64,000 bases of DNA from Haliotis cracherodii (GCF_022045235.1 NW_027266284.1:4154001-4218000); one strand, 5' to 3'. Shown: positions 39,623 to 53,140, numbered from the stretch's first letter. Notes: generated from the letters alone by a model not told the origin. A program made the numbers and translations.

Positions 39623-41121
39623 CCAACACTGTACATTAGGTTTTAAATATCAGAGAATCCAGTCTAACAAAATCAAAAAGAATTTGCAGCTTCCAAAAAG
39701 CTTAGTGTGATACTTGGACTTGAATTTAAAATACAACCCTAATAAACTAAACTTTGGAAGTGTGTCTTTAAAGAGTATGTTTTTGAAACTAAAAAAGGAC
39801 ATTCCAAATTCCTTGATTCTAACAAGACAAGCCCTTATCAGAGCAGCTGGACAAGATAACATACCATGGATTTTTCTACACACCACAGCATCAAACTACA
39901 TTATAACACTGATAAATTGGCTGAAAAAACAATATTTGAAACCTTCATAGAAAGACCTCTAGACCTTGTACAAACCAGAGTTTCTTTAATTTTGTTCAAA
40001 TTCCAGAATGTCAGTCAAAGGTTTTTGACATTGACTGATTATTATCCAAAATTTTATTTTCAAAATTGGTAAAATTATCCAATGTTCTACAATAACTAGG
40101 TGATTCATCACACAGTATATTTACTATTTACTACACACAGCTTCAGATAACATGGAATGTACATCGAGAATATTTGAGTACTGTATCAAAAATAGACACC
40201 TGCAAACATTTGCCATCAATCTTATAAAACTAATTATGTTTCAAATGTCAATAAAGTTAGCAGCATACAAATATGTATAGATTATATTATAATACTAATT
40301 TCTCTGATCACAATAGTATTGGTTTCTGACTAACTCAACCTAACAAGATTTGAAAGTACAATTTGATTGTTTGAGATAGTTCATGTCAGTTTGCCAGAAT
40401 TGATGAATGAAATGACATTTTGGTGTTAGTCATATATGTCATAATCATCCTTTATTACCCCAGGGGTAAAACACATATCACTTTTCAGCTATTCCAGGCA
40501 TTTGATTGGCTGATTCTAAACCCTGATTTTTACAAGACCACTTTTAGTACATTCATTTGTTCATATTTCGATCACAAGAACACCAGTTTTGTTTATGCTA
40601 GAAATAACAGAGGATAACAAACTGAAGTATTTTAGCGGAAAAACTGTATTAGTGCACATGGTTTGGATGACCAAAGAATTTACCATGGGATTACAAATTA
40701 CAAATCACAAAACTGCAAAGTCAGAAACCCAATTCTTTCTCAAACTGTTCTGAAGAGCGAAAGAAGAGCCACACATGTTTTTGACAATATTGCCTTTTCC
40801 ATATACTGTCGTACAGGAGGTCACTGCTAAATGCCAAGCTCCATGCTCACGAAAGGTTTCGAGTTTGTGTGCATGATCTTTAATGAACATGTGAACACCG
40901 AATGTAAGGCCGCACACTACCTAATGATAAACTATATCGCACAGTCATTGATACATGGTTGTCTTCAGCTAGCATCAACGCTGGCCATGAAGCTTGGGTG
41001 ACAGCAAGGTTGACATGGTCAGACATTTTGAGGCTGATTTATTCTGGCTAAATAAGATAATTAGCTGTAGGTATCCATCGGATAACATTTCCCCTTTCTC
41101 TCAGTTGCTATATTACTGAAA

Positions 41122-42790
41122 CACATCACAGGGGAACACCACATCACACAGGGGAACACCACATCACAGAGGGGAACACCACATCACTGGGGGGAACACC
41201 ACATCACTGGGGGGGACACCACATCACAGAGGGGAACACCACATCACAGAGGGGGACACCACATCACACAGGGGAACACCACATCACTGGGGGGGACACC
41301 ACGTCACTGGGGGGAACACCACATCACTGGGGGGGACACCACATCACAGAGGGGGACACCACATCACAGAGGGGAACACCACATCACAGAGGGGAACACC
41401 ACATCACTGGGGGGGACACCACGTCACAGAGGGGGACACCACATCACAGAGGGGAACACCACATCACAGAGGGGGACACCACATCACACAGGGGAACACC
41501 ACATCACACAGGGGAACACCACATCACTGGGGGGGACACCACGTCACAGAGGGGGACACCACATCACAGAGGGGAACACCACATCACAGAGGGGGACACC
41601 ACATCACACAGGGGAACACCACATCACTGGGGGGGACACCACGTCACTGGGGGGAACACCACATCACTGGGGGGGACACCACATCACAGAGGGGGACACC
41701 ACATCACAGAGGGGAACACCACATCACAGAGGGGAACACCACATCACACAGGGGAACACCACATCACAGAGGGGAACACCACATCACAGAGGGGAACACC
41801 ACATCACAGAGGGGGACACCACATCACACAGGGGAACACCACATCACAGAGGGGAACACCACATCACTGGGGGGTACACCATATCACAGAGGGGAACACC
41901 ACATCACTGGGGGGGACACCACGTCACAGAGGGGAACACCACATCACAGAGGGGAACACCACATCACACAGGGGAACACCACATCACTGGGGGGGACACC
42001 ACGTCACTGGGGGGGACACCACATCACTGGGGGGGACACCACATCACAGAGGGGGACACCACATCACAGAGGGGAACACCACATCACAGAGGGGAACACC
42101 ACATCACACAGGGGAACACCACATCACAGAGGGGAACACCACATCACAGAGGGGAACACCACATCACTGGGGGGTACACCATATCACAGAGGGGAGCACC
42201 ACATCACTGGGAGGGACACCACGTCACAGAGGGGGACACCACATCACAGAGGGGAACACCACATCACTGGGGGGGACACCACGTCACTGGGGGGAACACC
42301 ACATCACTGGGGGGGACACCACATCACAGAGGGGGACACCACATCACAGAGGGGAACACCACATCACAGAGGGGAACACCACATCACACAGGGGAACACC
42401 ACATCACACAGGGGAACACCACATCACTGGGGGGGACACCACGTCACTGGGGGGAACACCACATCACTGGGGGGGACACCACATCACAGAGGGGGACACC
42501 ACATCACAGAGGGGAACACCACATCACAGAGGGGAACACCACATCACACAGGGGAACACCACATCACACAGGGGAACACCACATCACAGAGGGGAACACC
42601 ACATCACAGAGGGGAACACCACATCACTGGGGGGTACACCATATCACAGAGGGGAACACCACATCACTGGGGGGTACACCACATCACAGAGGGGAACACC
42701 ACATCACTGGGGGGTACACCACATCACAGAGGGGAACACCACATCACTGGGGGGTACACCATATCAAAGAGGGAGACACTATATCACAGA
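41122..42790. repeat. 20-bp minisatellite, about 83 copies
   Basis: Units acatcacagaggggaacacc / acatcactgggggggacacc in strict 20-bp register. Confidence 0.98.
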
Positions 42791-42890
42791 TGGGTTTTAT
42801 GCTACTTTTAGCAATATTTCAGCCAATAGTCCCCATGTATGGAATCAAACCCTTCAGCCTTCCTCCTTCAGCGTGACTAGATTACACTAC
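42791..42890 (-). mobile_element. Degenerate tRNA(Asp-like) SINE fragment
   Basis: ggttttatgctacttttagcaatatttcagc...cccatgtatggaatcaaaccc...gcgtgac aligns with 13959-14070. Confidence 0.6.
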
Positions 42891-45764
42891 TGCAAGAGGA
42901 AACAACTCTGGTAAACTGCACAGATAGCAACTACAACTGAAGGGGTCAACACAACAACTGGCCCTATGCCAATGGCCAGCAAAATTAGTTGAGGGCTAAC
43001 TGTAAGTTAACATAAGTAACCTAGGAAATCAATAGTCTACACTCACACATACTGAAATGACCAAGGAATTTTTACAGCGCCATTTTCCTTCAAACACACT
43101 GATAATAGCAGTTGTCCAACAACAGTTTTGGAGGGTCCGTTCATTTCAAAACAGCTAGCGCTGGTGACAGAAGATACGTTCCTTCGGTCCCCCAATGCCA
43201 CATTTGCAAGTGAAGATGATACAATCAATAAGCATTGCTCATAGATCCCTCAGCACCATGAGGGGACATGGAACCCAATTTGCCGAGGAAGGTGTTTGGG
43301 TCAAATCTCGTCAAGGAGAGCCAACCAATGTCTAATCCTTTGTAGCGTTCATCAATACGACTGTCGTGACAGGATCGCATTAACCACAAATGTTTACATG
43401 TCAGTTCAGAGTGAAAGCAACACCACAAGCCTGAACACTTTCCGACACTCTCAGCATTCCGACACTGTCAATCCATGTCATGATCTCTCTCCATCACAGG
43501 ATACTACAGCCAATCTTTTCAGTATTTTTCCTCGTATTGATTTATCAGTGAACTTTTGTCACATCACAAAGTTTCAGGCTAACGAAGCCTGATGGAGTAC
43601 ACAGCAATCTAATTAGCAGAATGATGGGAAGCAATTAACATTACCATTGGGTCAACTCGAATCACTGGTGGTGGCAAATGGGTATTTGAAATCAATAAAA
43701 CGTGCAAAACAGGGGAATTGTATAATAGGTTCCTAACACCCTCTCCCTAGGCAAGACATTCCTGGTGCTTCTTAAATGGGTTTATTGCATTTACAGTTTT
43801 ATCACCATGTTCGTGTTTTAAGATGATCTCAGGGGGGATATATGTTTGCTGGAATGTATTTTAAGGTGCAACTGGCACATATAGCCACCAAAACAGATTT
43901 TGTGGATGATAGCTTAAAGTTCCCCTGGAGAGTTTGGTGGAACAGTAGCATCAAGTGTACCTGGTGATGAAGTCATCGCACAACAGCAGAAGTACTCAAG
44001 AAAACTGGAGGCAAGGAAAACTACTTCAGTTTAAGGAGGAGCCATGATAAGGACCAGTTTTAAAAATCTTCATGAAAGTACTTTTTGTCAGGCTGGATCT
44101 GACAGTTTAAGAAATGAGCACAGTTAAGGATGTGTTCATATGAATGAGAATAAGCTCAGTGAGGCTTGTTGTTTCCTTATCCCATATAACAACAATAGAT
44201 GAGGGTGCATGGCTAAAGGGTTGAAGAATAAAACAATTAGTTTCACAAACTGAACTATCAGAATAAAGACAACATCAATAGCAATACCGATACTGAAAAT
44301 GCACATCCTTCATACACCACACCACCAACACTACCTCCACTGCCTACCAACTGTGGACTACCAGTGATTAAGTCCTGTCCAAAGGTAATTCCTTGCTCTA
44401 TAGTGAAAGATCACATCCACTTGATGAACACTGTCACATCATACAAATGTTACAAAGATGAAAGAAAATCTACAAAGGAGGTTTATAATAGTGAGGTTTT
44501 AACCATTGAGAAACCAAATCACAAAGTGAGCATTAACCTATCCAATAAAGGTGTTCACATAATGCTTTGAAGCAATGATGAAGGATATTCCAGCGAGGTG
44601 TCAGTTTCTCAAGAACCTTGACTCATACTGACACTGCAAGCTGATTTATCAACACATTATGCAGGACACAGCAAAATTTGCTGCTTTCCGGTCAAAGCTA
44701 ATTAAAGAAGCGTGGTGGCCAGACAAAATAGATGGCAAAAAACAATGGATCCAATTTACTGATGATGGCAAGAAATTCATGAATTCTGTGAAAATGACTA
44801 AATTTGTATGCGTGACAGCCTCTTGGTAGGCAAAGGATTGCCCTATGTGAGGATTTATGCTTTCACATCACGTCTCAAACTCAACAAATTCCACCACCTT
44901 ATGCCATTAATCTAAAACATGCATCAAATGAAGGAATTTCAATGTGGAGGTTCTTTGCTGAAGGGTCCGATGCTGGAACACATAAGCCCAATCTAAATTC
45001 AGGGAGGTCAGAAATCAGTATCTGTATTTGCACATGGCCTACACTAGATGTCTTCCTTACTGCGTGTGTACTCAGGCCATGAATCGACATCAGGTGTAAG
45101 GAAAAACACAGCACTTGGAGTAACAAATTCAGTTTGAAAAGTTCATTTTTGGAGGAAACTATATCAAAATTAGAGACACCTACATTTACCATGGTGTTAG
45201 AATTTGAGTAGCACCATAGCAGAAAAGTACTTTGATTTGATCTACAAATATTCTTAAAAAATTTGCCTAATCAAACTCTAAAACATTTTTTTTAGGCACA
45301 CAACATCTAAATAAAACACAAGATTTCAGTTATCTGATTACTAAAAAAAATTCATGACCATGGAAATTTAGTTAAGGCAAGAACAGGGTCTAAACTCCAC
45401 ACATCTCCATGTGCAAAGTCAAACAATGAATCTGTAACAAAGTCACTTGATTTGATTAATCTAGTTTTCATTGCTTTGAAATAAAAAATTATCACAAGTA
45501 ATAAAATGGCCAAAGTAGGCCCCTAAACAATTACAAAGTGACATCAAGTTGATAAGCTGCTAAATCTGGATTGTAGAACTAAGACAGAGTCAGTTTCATT
45601 TCGTAATTAACATGGGCTGTCACTTGCTCTGGCTATTTGCCACTGGACCTGTGAATTAATCGTCTAATCTGGGAATATTTGCAAATTTGGGCTTAGAATT
45701 TGTTGACAGAGTATCGGGTGTATGAACTCTGAGACACTGAGCATCTGTCAAAGATGGACTAAGC

Positions 45765-46116
45765 CGCAAGCAGCGACTCGTTGCATTGTGGTCACCATTA
45801 TCCTATTATAATCCATGAGACTCGGAACTGACAATATCGTACTTGTAAATGGACTGCCCTGCTCTCACAACAATGGCCGCTAATCAGTAATCTGAGGTCG
45901 TCGACGTTACGTCGATCGATCAATTGTAGCGACTAAGTGGTGATCGAAGGATGGGGCTCGACAAAGACGCGATTGCGCGATGTAGATTACACGTCGGTCC
46001 CGAAGGGTTCTTGTCAAAATTCCAATCAGCACCGTCAACCCGTGTTGAAAAGCTGGAGAAATTGATAATTTGTGTTGGGCTCACGCTGATGAAAGCTTAA
46101 CAAGCGCAGATAACGG
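45765..46116. promoter_or_regulatory. CpG-rich island, candidate enhancer or promoter
   Basis: Roughly 25-27 CpGs in about 350 bp (counted by eye) in a strongly CpG-depleted window. SOX-type CATTGT/AACAATGG sites, a CCAATCAG motif and TAAT cores. No TE termini or ORF seen. Confidence 0.4.
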
Positions 46117-46318
46117 CTTTATGCAAAGTGAAGATTGGACCTTGACAATGTATGGGGAAAAAAGTTCTGCTGATAAAGGGCAGTTTGGAATTTAAATGTC
46201 AAATGTCACTGCCTATTTTCAAAGTAATCACCAAGGTGTTAGGACATATTACTAATCAGTAAAACATCCCTGATATTCTTGTCTGCTAACTTTATGATTT
46301 ATATTCCAGATTATGATT

Positions 46319-47441
46319 TCTGTTTCTGACCCAAGTATGACAGAAGCATGACCAGATCAGTGGTCACATTGTTCAGGGCCTCATTCAACATGGCCTGTTT
46401 CTGACCCAAGTATGACAGAAGCATGACCAGATCAGTGGTCACATTGTTCAGGGCCTCATTCAACATGGCCTGTATTGACCCAAGTATGACAGAAGCATGA
46501 CCAGATCAGTGGTCACATTGTTCAGGGTCTCATTCAACATGGCCTGTTTCTGACCCAAGTATGACAGAAGCATGACCAGATCAATGGTCACATTGTTCAG
46601 GGCCTCATTCAACATGGCCTGTTTCTGACCCAAGTATGACAGAAGCATGACCAGATCAATGGTCACATTGTTCAGGGCCTCATTCAACATGGCCTGTTTC
46701 TGACCCAAGTATGACAGAAGCATGACCAGATCAGTGGTCACATTGTTCAGGGCCTCATTCAACATGGCCTGTTTCTGACTCAAGTATGACAGAAGCATGA
46801 CCAGATCAGTGGTTACATTGTTCAGGGCCTCATTCAACATGGCCGGTATTGACCCAAGTATGACAGAAGCATGACCAGATCAGTGGTTACATTGTTCAGG
46901 GCCTCATTCATCATGGCCTGTTTCTGACCCAAGTATGACAGAAGCATGACCAGATCAATGGTCACATTGTTCAGGGCCTCATTCAACATGGCCTGTTTCT
47001 GACCCAAGTATGACAGAATCATGACCAGATCAGTGGTCACATTGTTCAGGGCCTCATTCAACATGGCCTGTATTGACCCAAGTATGACAGAAGCATGACC
47101 AGATCAGTGGTCACATTGTTCAGGGCCTCATTCAACATGGCCTGTTTCTGACCCAAGTATGACAGAAGCATGACCAGATCAGTGGTCACATTGTTCAGGG
47201 CCTCATTCAACATGGCCTGTTTCTGACCCAAGTATGACAGAAGCATGACCAGATCAGTGGTCACATTGTTCAGGGCCTCATTCAACATGGCCTGTTTCTG
47301 ACCCAAGTATGACAGAAGCATGACCAGATCAGTGGTCACATTGTTCAGGGCCTCATTCAACATGGCCTGTTTCTGACCCAAGTATGACAGAAGCATGACC
47401 AGATCAGTGGTCACATTGTTCAGGGCCTCATTCAACATGGC
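46319..47441. repeat. 75-bp minisatellite, about 15 copies
   Basis: Unit cctgtttctgacccaagtatgacagaagcatgaccagatcagtggtcacattgttcagggcctcattcaacatgg; three 74-bp variants (gtattgaccc). Confidence 0.98.
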
Positions 47442-49532
47442 AATTTTATCTCACTCACCTCCCTCTCATTACTTGTCTTCATCCTTCTCTTCTTCTTATT
47501 ACATCCCCATCATTACATTTTGGTACAAGGATAATTGTAAAATACAAATATAGAATTGAAATGAATTTAGCTAACAAACTGGTATGAGTTTAATTCTTTG
47601 CAAATATTAACTTTTCACATCTGATGCCAAGGTTCTATGATATAAAAAAAACCTCTTTGTTTCAAAGAAATATTTGTCAAAGAGGGTTTCTTTCAACTCC
47701 TTCATTAAATCTGAAGCTGATTAGATTTGACTAATTAACACAATTAAGGCATCTAATTTCTTTGATCTTCCCTCTGGGGTGCGCTTCAGAAATCAAATCA
47801 CTAACACATGATAAAACATTCTGATTGGGCAAAAGATCCAAATTGCTTCTGAAATAAGATGTCACAATTTGCAACACAGTTTGAATAATTGGGTACAAGC
47901 TCAATCCTTTCAAATCTAGCAACAGTAATTTTGTCTCAGTTTTGAAAATAAACATTCTTTATCAATTTGTAGATTGTATGTCAATTATGAAAGATATAAT
48001 TTGAAAGAAAAATAGCAAGTTTATTTTGTATCACACAATGTACCAAGAAAAATCACTATTCAAAACACTTTAACTGTATGAAATTATTATTAATTGTTAA
48101 TAATGCAGATTGTGAAAATGTCAAAAGTGGAGTGACATTTATCAATTAATATTGTGGGTAAAAAAAGCCATTTCCAAATTAATTTGAGCTATTTGACTTT
48201 TAAAAAAGCGTAAATTGTAACTTTCTGAAAAAAATGGAGATGCCAGAATAAACTTTATGTTATTATGAATACAGATTTCGACAATTTTCAAAATAATTGA
48301 TCAAACATACTATGGAAACTTTGATTATAAAATAAAGCAATCATTTCTCATAGTACACATATCTAAATCCGAGAATTGATCCTGTGGATGAAGTAAACAA
48401 TGAAGTTAACAATAAAAACAGCCATAAAACACTTTTTTTATAAAGCACTTCCTTTCCAAATTCCTTTCCAAACAGATAAAAGGCTTCAACAGTATTAGCT
48501 ACACAGAACATATAACAATCCGTCAGATGTTGTGTACACCCAAAATGTCATTGAAGTCAACCAGGAAACATACAAATCCTGGTCAAAGTCAAGGAAAGAA
48601 GCCCAGTGGATTCTGGGTCTTCAAGCCTACAGTCTTGTTCAGTTTCAGGTCGGAAGTGATGCTGTCCAAGTTGATGATAGAAGTGAGTGGGCTTGGCTTA
48701 ATGTCACTTTGAACAGAGAGTCTTCTATGTCCTTGTTCCAGCTTAATGTGGGAGGAAGCCCTAATTGCTGCATCACACAGCTTACACATTTACCACTTTG
48801 GTGAAAACCATAAAAACTGGTATGGCACTAACCATTTAGGGCTTATCTTCAAACACAAGATCACAGGTTTCTGGCAGGCATAAGGGATGCAATATTAGTT
48901 CAGTAAACATCAAGATACTAGCTGGTTCCAATTTCAATGAAGAGTAACAATTCCATGCCTCCATCTAGTGCAAAAAACAAATTACCCCTGGTGATTTGGT
49001 CATTTTTGAAAATAGGCTTTTCTTTTTGCAAACGTTTTTATGTGACTAAAACAGTATGTGTGTAAATGCATGTGTTTATGTGTTCAGTTATGAATAGATA
49101 TCCATATGGAAGGCTATACTTAGTGGAAGAAACAAGCAGTGTTATAACTATTTGTTTTCTGATGTCTGATGTTTCCCAAACAGGAAGACAACATCTAGAA
49201 GCTGAACTACAGTTGAAGCATAATGTTAGACTCTGTTAATCCATGCACCCATCAGTGTTTTAGTCCAGCAACTCAAAGACCTCTCAATCCCAACTTGTCC
49301 CTTTAATGTGATAGCATTTGGGCCTGGTCAGTTGGAATCGATTGCTTGTTAATGGAAAATGTCAAAGCCAGACAACTCTGACATGAGGTGGCCACACCTC
49401 CCGTTTGACACACACTGCTCCTCAAGGAAACACCAGACAGTGGTTGACAATAATCAAACTGATATGTCCATCTGCATCACCAACTTCAGCAACCTGCAAT
49501 GCTCAGAGTGACAGATCCTTTGTCAACCTGCG

Positions 49533-49939
49533 GGGCAATCAGGCCCTGGGGATGCACCTTGCGGGTACCCACCTGAAGGGGCAATCAGGCCCCCCGGACA
49601 CACCTTGGTGGTATCGATCTGAAGGGGCAATCAGACGCCATGGACACATCTTGCTGGTACCGATCTGAAGGGACAATCAGGCCCCATGGACACTCCTTGC
49701 TGGTACCCATCTGAAAGGGCAATCAGGCCCCATGGACACTCCTTGCTGGTACCCATCTGAAAGGGCAATCAGGCCCCATGGACACATCTTGCTGGTACGG
49801 ATCTGAAGGGCAATCAGGCCCCATGGACACACCTTGCTGATACCGATCTGCAGGGCAAGCAGGCGCCACGGACACACCTTGCTGATACCGATCTGAAGGG
49901 CAATCAGGCCCCATGGACACACCTTGCCGATCCCGGGCA
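49533..49939. repeat. 45-46-bp GC-rich minisatellite, about 9 copies
   Basis: Unit gggcaatcaggccccatggacacaccttgctggtaccgatctgaa. Confidence 0.93.
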
Positions 49940-49941
49940 AA

Positions 49942-50291
49942 AGTGCGATGGTGTAGATGATGGTCAGACAGTGTGATGGTGTAGATGATGGTCAGACAGT
50001 GTGATGGTGTAGATGATGGTCAGACAGTGTGATGGTGTAGATGATGGTCAGACAGTGAGATGGTGTAGATGATGTTCAGACAGTGTGATGGTGTAGATGA
50101 TGGTCAGACAGTGCGATGGTGTAGATGATGGTCAGACAGTGCGATGCTGTAGATGATGGTCAGACAGTGCGATGCTGTAGATGATGTTCAGACAGTGTGA
50201 TGGTGTAGATGATGTTCAGACAGTGCGATGCTGTAGATGATGGTCAGACAGTGAGATTGTGTACATGATGTTCAGACTGTGCGATGGTGTA
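49942..50291. repeat. 28-bp minisatellite, about 12 copies
   Basis: Unit agtg(t/c)gatggtgtagatgatggtcagac. Confidence 0.96.
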
Positions 50292-50771
50292 TATTTTGTT
50301 CAGGCAATGGTTTTACTGGAAACCAACTTATATACAATCAACCAGAGTCCAAGAGTCTGTGTCAATATTGACTTTTTTATATTGATACTTTATATGCCCA
50401 GATCATTAGCCTCAAATTGACCAGCATTGGTGCCATCCACTATTGGCGCCTGCACTAATTCCCACTCTCCAGCATTGTCTAATAATCAGACATAGTTATA
50501 GTGTATTCACCATCAGCCCAACCCCATGGGTATCCAAACCAAACTCCCTTTCTATTTTGAATTGAGTTTCAGATCAACCGCATGTCTCCCTGGACTGAGG
50601 ATCGATGCTATTATCAGGCCCATGAACCTTAAGTCATTGATTTCCTTTATTTGAATCAGATATCCTTGTTACAATGGGTACACTTGTTACTTAGATCTAA
50701 ACCACCGTCATGCCAACCTAGGATAGAAACAACTGTCTATATCACACCACCTTATGCAATGTTGTTCCATA

Positions 50772-51198
50772 TCACACCCCACACAATGCCACACCACACC
50801 ACACCACACCGCACAATGCCACATCACACCACACCACACACCACACCACACCACACCACAGACCACACCACACAATGACACATCACACCACATCACACAC
50901 CACACCACACAATGCCACACAACACCACACCACACCACACACCACACAATGCCACATCACACCATACCACACACCACACCACACCACACACCACACAATG
51001 CCACACCACACCACACAATGCCACACCACACCACACCACACCACACAATGCCACACCACACTACACCACACCACAAAACACCACACCACACCACACAATG
51101 CCACACCACACTACACCACACCACAAAACACCACACCACACCACACAATGCCACACCACACAATGCCACACCACACCACACCACACCACATCACAACC
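50772..51198. repeat. Compound (CACAC/CACCA/CAATG)n pentanucleotide low-complexity array
   Basis: Source of the His/Thr/Pro and Val/Trp/Cys ORFs. Confidence 0.95.
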
Positions 51199-51730
51199 AT
51201 TTCACTACCTGATATTCCGCCATCTCGACCTCACACTCCATCTCAAACTCATCCCCAGTCTTGACCACACCCCTCTCATCTCCGCCTCATCACCCATCTC
51301 ATCCTTACCCCCCATCCCCCACCCTCAATACATTTCTAACTGATAATACCAGACTATATTTATAACTCATCCATAGGAAGACCTAATCAGACTATGTATA
51401 CATCCACCAATCTACTTTCAGACAATTCAATAGTAACATCATTAATTGGCTGTGTCTGCATTGTCGACAATGTTCACAGGTCAACCACATGATTGGCACT
51501 TAAAGGGTTGGATCATTTGCACCGTGATGATAAAAGAAGGTATCACTATGCTTCTGCTTGAACTATTTCAGCAATTCTGAGAATATCCTTGTTATGTACA
51601 TTATCTGAAAAGAGGGTAGGCCAATGGTAATTGTGTTTGCCTGTTACTGACAATGTTCTATTCCTAATACATGGCTGAATAACATGATCATCCTTACTCA
51701 CTCACATACTCTGTGTTACCATTAAGATGC

Positions 51731-52097
51731 TTGGTTTGGTTGGTTGGTTTGTTTGTTGTTTAACGCCGCACTCAGTAATGTTCCAGCTATATGATGGCGG
51801 TCTGCAAATAATCGAGTCTGGACCAGACAATCCTGTGATTGATATGAGCATCGATCCACGTAATTGGGATCGATGACGTGCATCAACCATGTCAGTGAGC
51901 CTGACCACCCGACCCGTTAGTCACCTCTTACAACAAGCATAATCGCCTTTCATGATAAGCATTGTCGCCTTTTACAACAAGCATACCGGTAGTCATCTTT
52001 TACGGCAAGCATAGTCATCTTTTACGGCAAGCATAGTCATCTTTTATGGCAAGCATGGGTTGCTGAAGACCTATCCTGCCCTGGATCTTCCCGGATC
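51731..52097 (-). mobile_element. Full-length non-tRNA SINE-like retroposon with six 22-nt internal modules
   Basis: TSD ccattaagatgc/ccataaagatgc (51719-51730, 52098-52109); tail (AACC/AAAC)n; homologous to 27804-28041. Confidence 0.9.
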
Positions 52098-52269
52098 CCA
52101 TAAAGATGCAGTTCAGTTTGTAAACTGTGTGTATTGGCCTCCATCTGACCATATCTTTAATGCTGTTTTTCTGTTCAACCATACTTAAAATCAGTTGACT
52201 TTGGAGAAACTGCCAATACAATAAATATTACATAAAAAATCAGTCCCAATATAAAGTATCAGCACATAA

Positions 52270-52431
52270 GTTACAGGTTCAAGCATTGGCTAATGAGGGA
52301 GAGGACCTGGGATTAGTTCCCCAAATGTGTGCAATGTGTGAGGAGTACTGAGGACCCTTTTAGTTCTCATTCTCCATAATACGCCCCATACTGTTAAGAA
52401 GCAGCAGAAAAACCAATCTACTCACTCACTC
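52270..52431 (+). mobile_element. Highly degenerate tRNA(Asp-like) SINE
   Basis: gacctgggattagttccccaaatgtgtgcaatgtgtga...aaaaccaatctactcactcact aligns loosely with the 13935-14107 family. Confidence 0.5.
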
Positions 52432-53140
52432 TAGCAGTTGTAAGCCACTGTGGAAGTAACAATTTATTTTCATCCACTGACAAGAAACACAAATCAAAAA
52501 ATCCCCTTCTTGCTCAATCTCAGACCATTAGAAATGAAACAATCATCCGAATGACTGCATTTTGCAGATGAAATAAAAAATGTCAGTTCTTTTGAGATTT
52601 AACAATGGTTGTTTCCTAACATTAAATTTACACAAAAAGAGATTCCATGGACTTTGCCTTCAAAATTCATGAATCACTGCATTTTGAAATTTAACATCTG
52701 GACCAATTTCCTCTTAGCCGTTACATAACTCCATCATTACTGTGATTGAATGTCAGATCTAAGTGAGGTCATGTGGCTACAAAATACTACACATCATCGT
52801 CCAATCCTTCATATATAGCAACATAGTGCATTCCTTCAAATATTTCAAATGAAATTTCCCCAGGCAGCTCTGAAAAATATGTTGTTTATTTTTTATTTTA
52901 ACAAACAAATTTGTAGCTTAAGAGTTTGATTTTCTTTAGCATTAAAACTGTTAGGGTCAGTCGTGGGTTCAGTGGGGATGACTAAATGCTAACTGGTGTA
53001 ACATGTGGAAGGTTTACTTTTCTGACAGAAACATGTGCAAGTATTTTCAGCTGTAGAAGTATTTGTTCAATTTCATGCTGTGTCCAAAGATAATGCTGTC
53101 CATTTGAACAGATATTAAACAGTTCACAATTTCTTTTTGT

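Noticed and set aside
37243-42790. CRISPR-like arrays
   Set aside because: Head-to-tail tandem repeats without unique spacers; eukaryotic context and no cas genes.
46460-47438. 126-aa repeat ORFs as a real CDS
   Set aside because: Near-identical 75-bp DNA repeats with no synonymous divergence, three frameshifting units and no splice context.
50651-51343. Multiple long His/Thr/Pro and Val/Trp/Cys-rich ORFs
   Set aside because: Translations of a pentanucleotide microsatellite; open in many frames on both strands.
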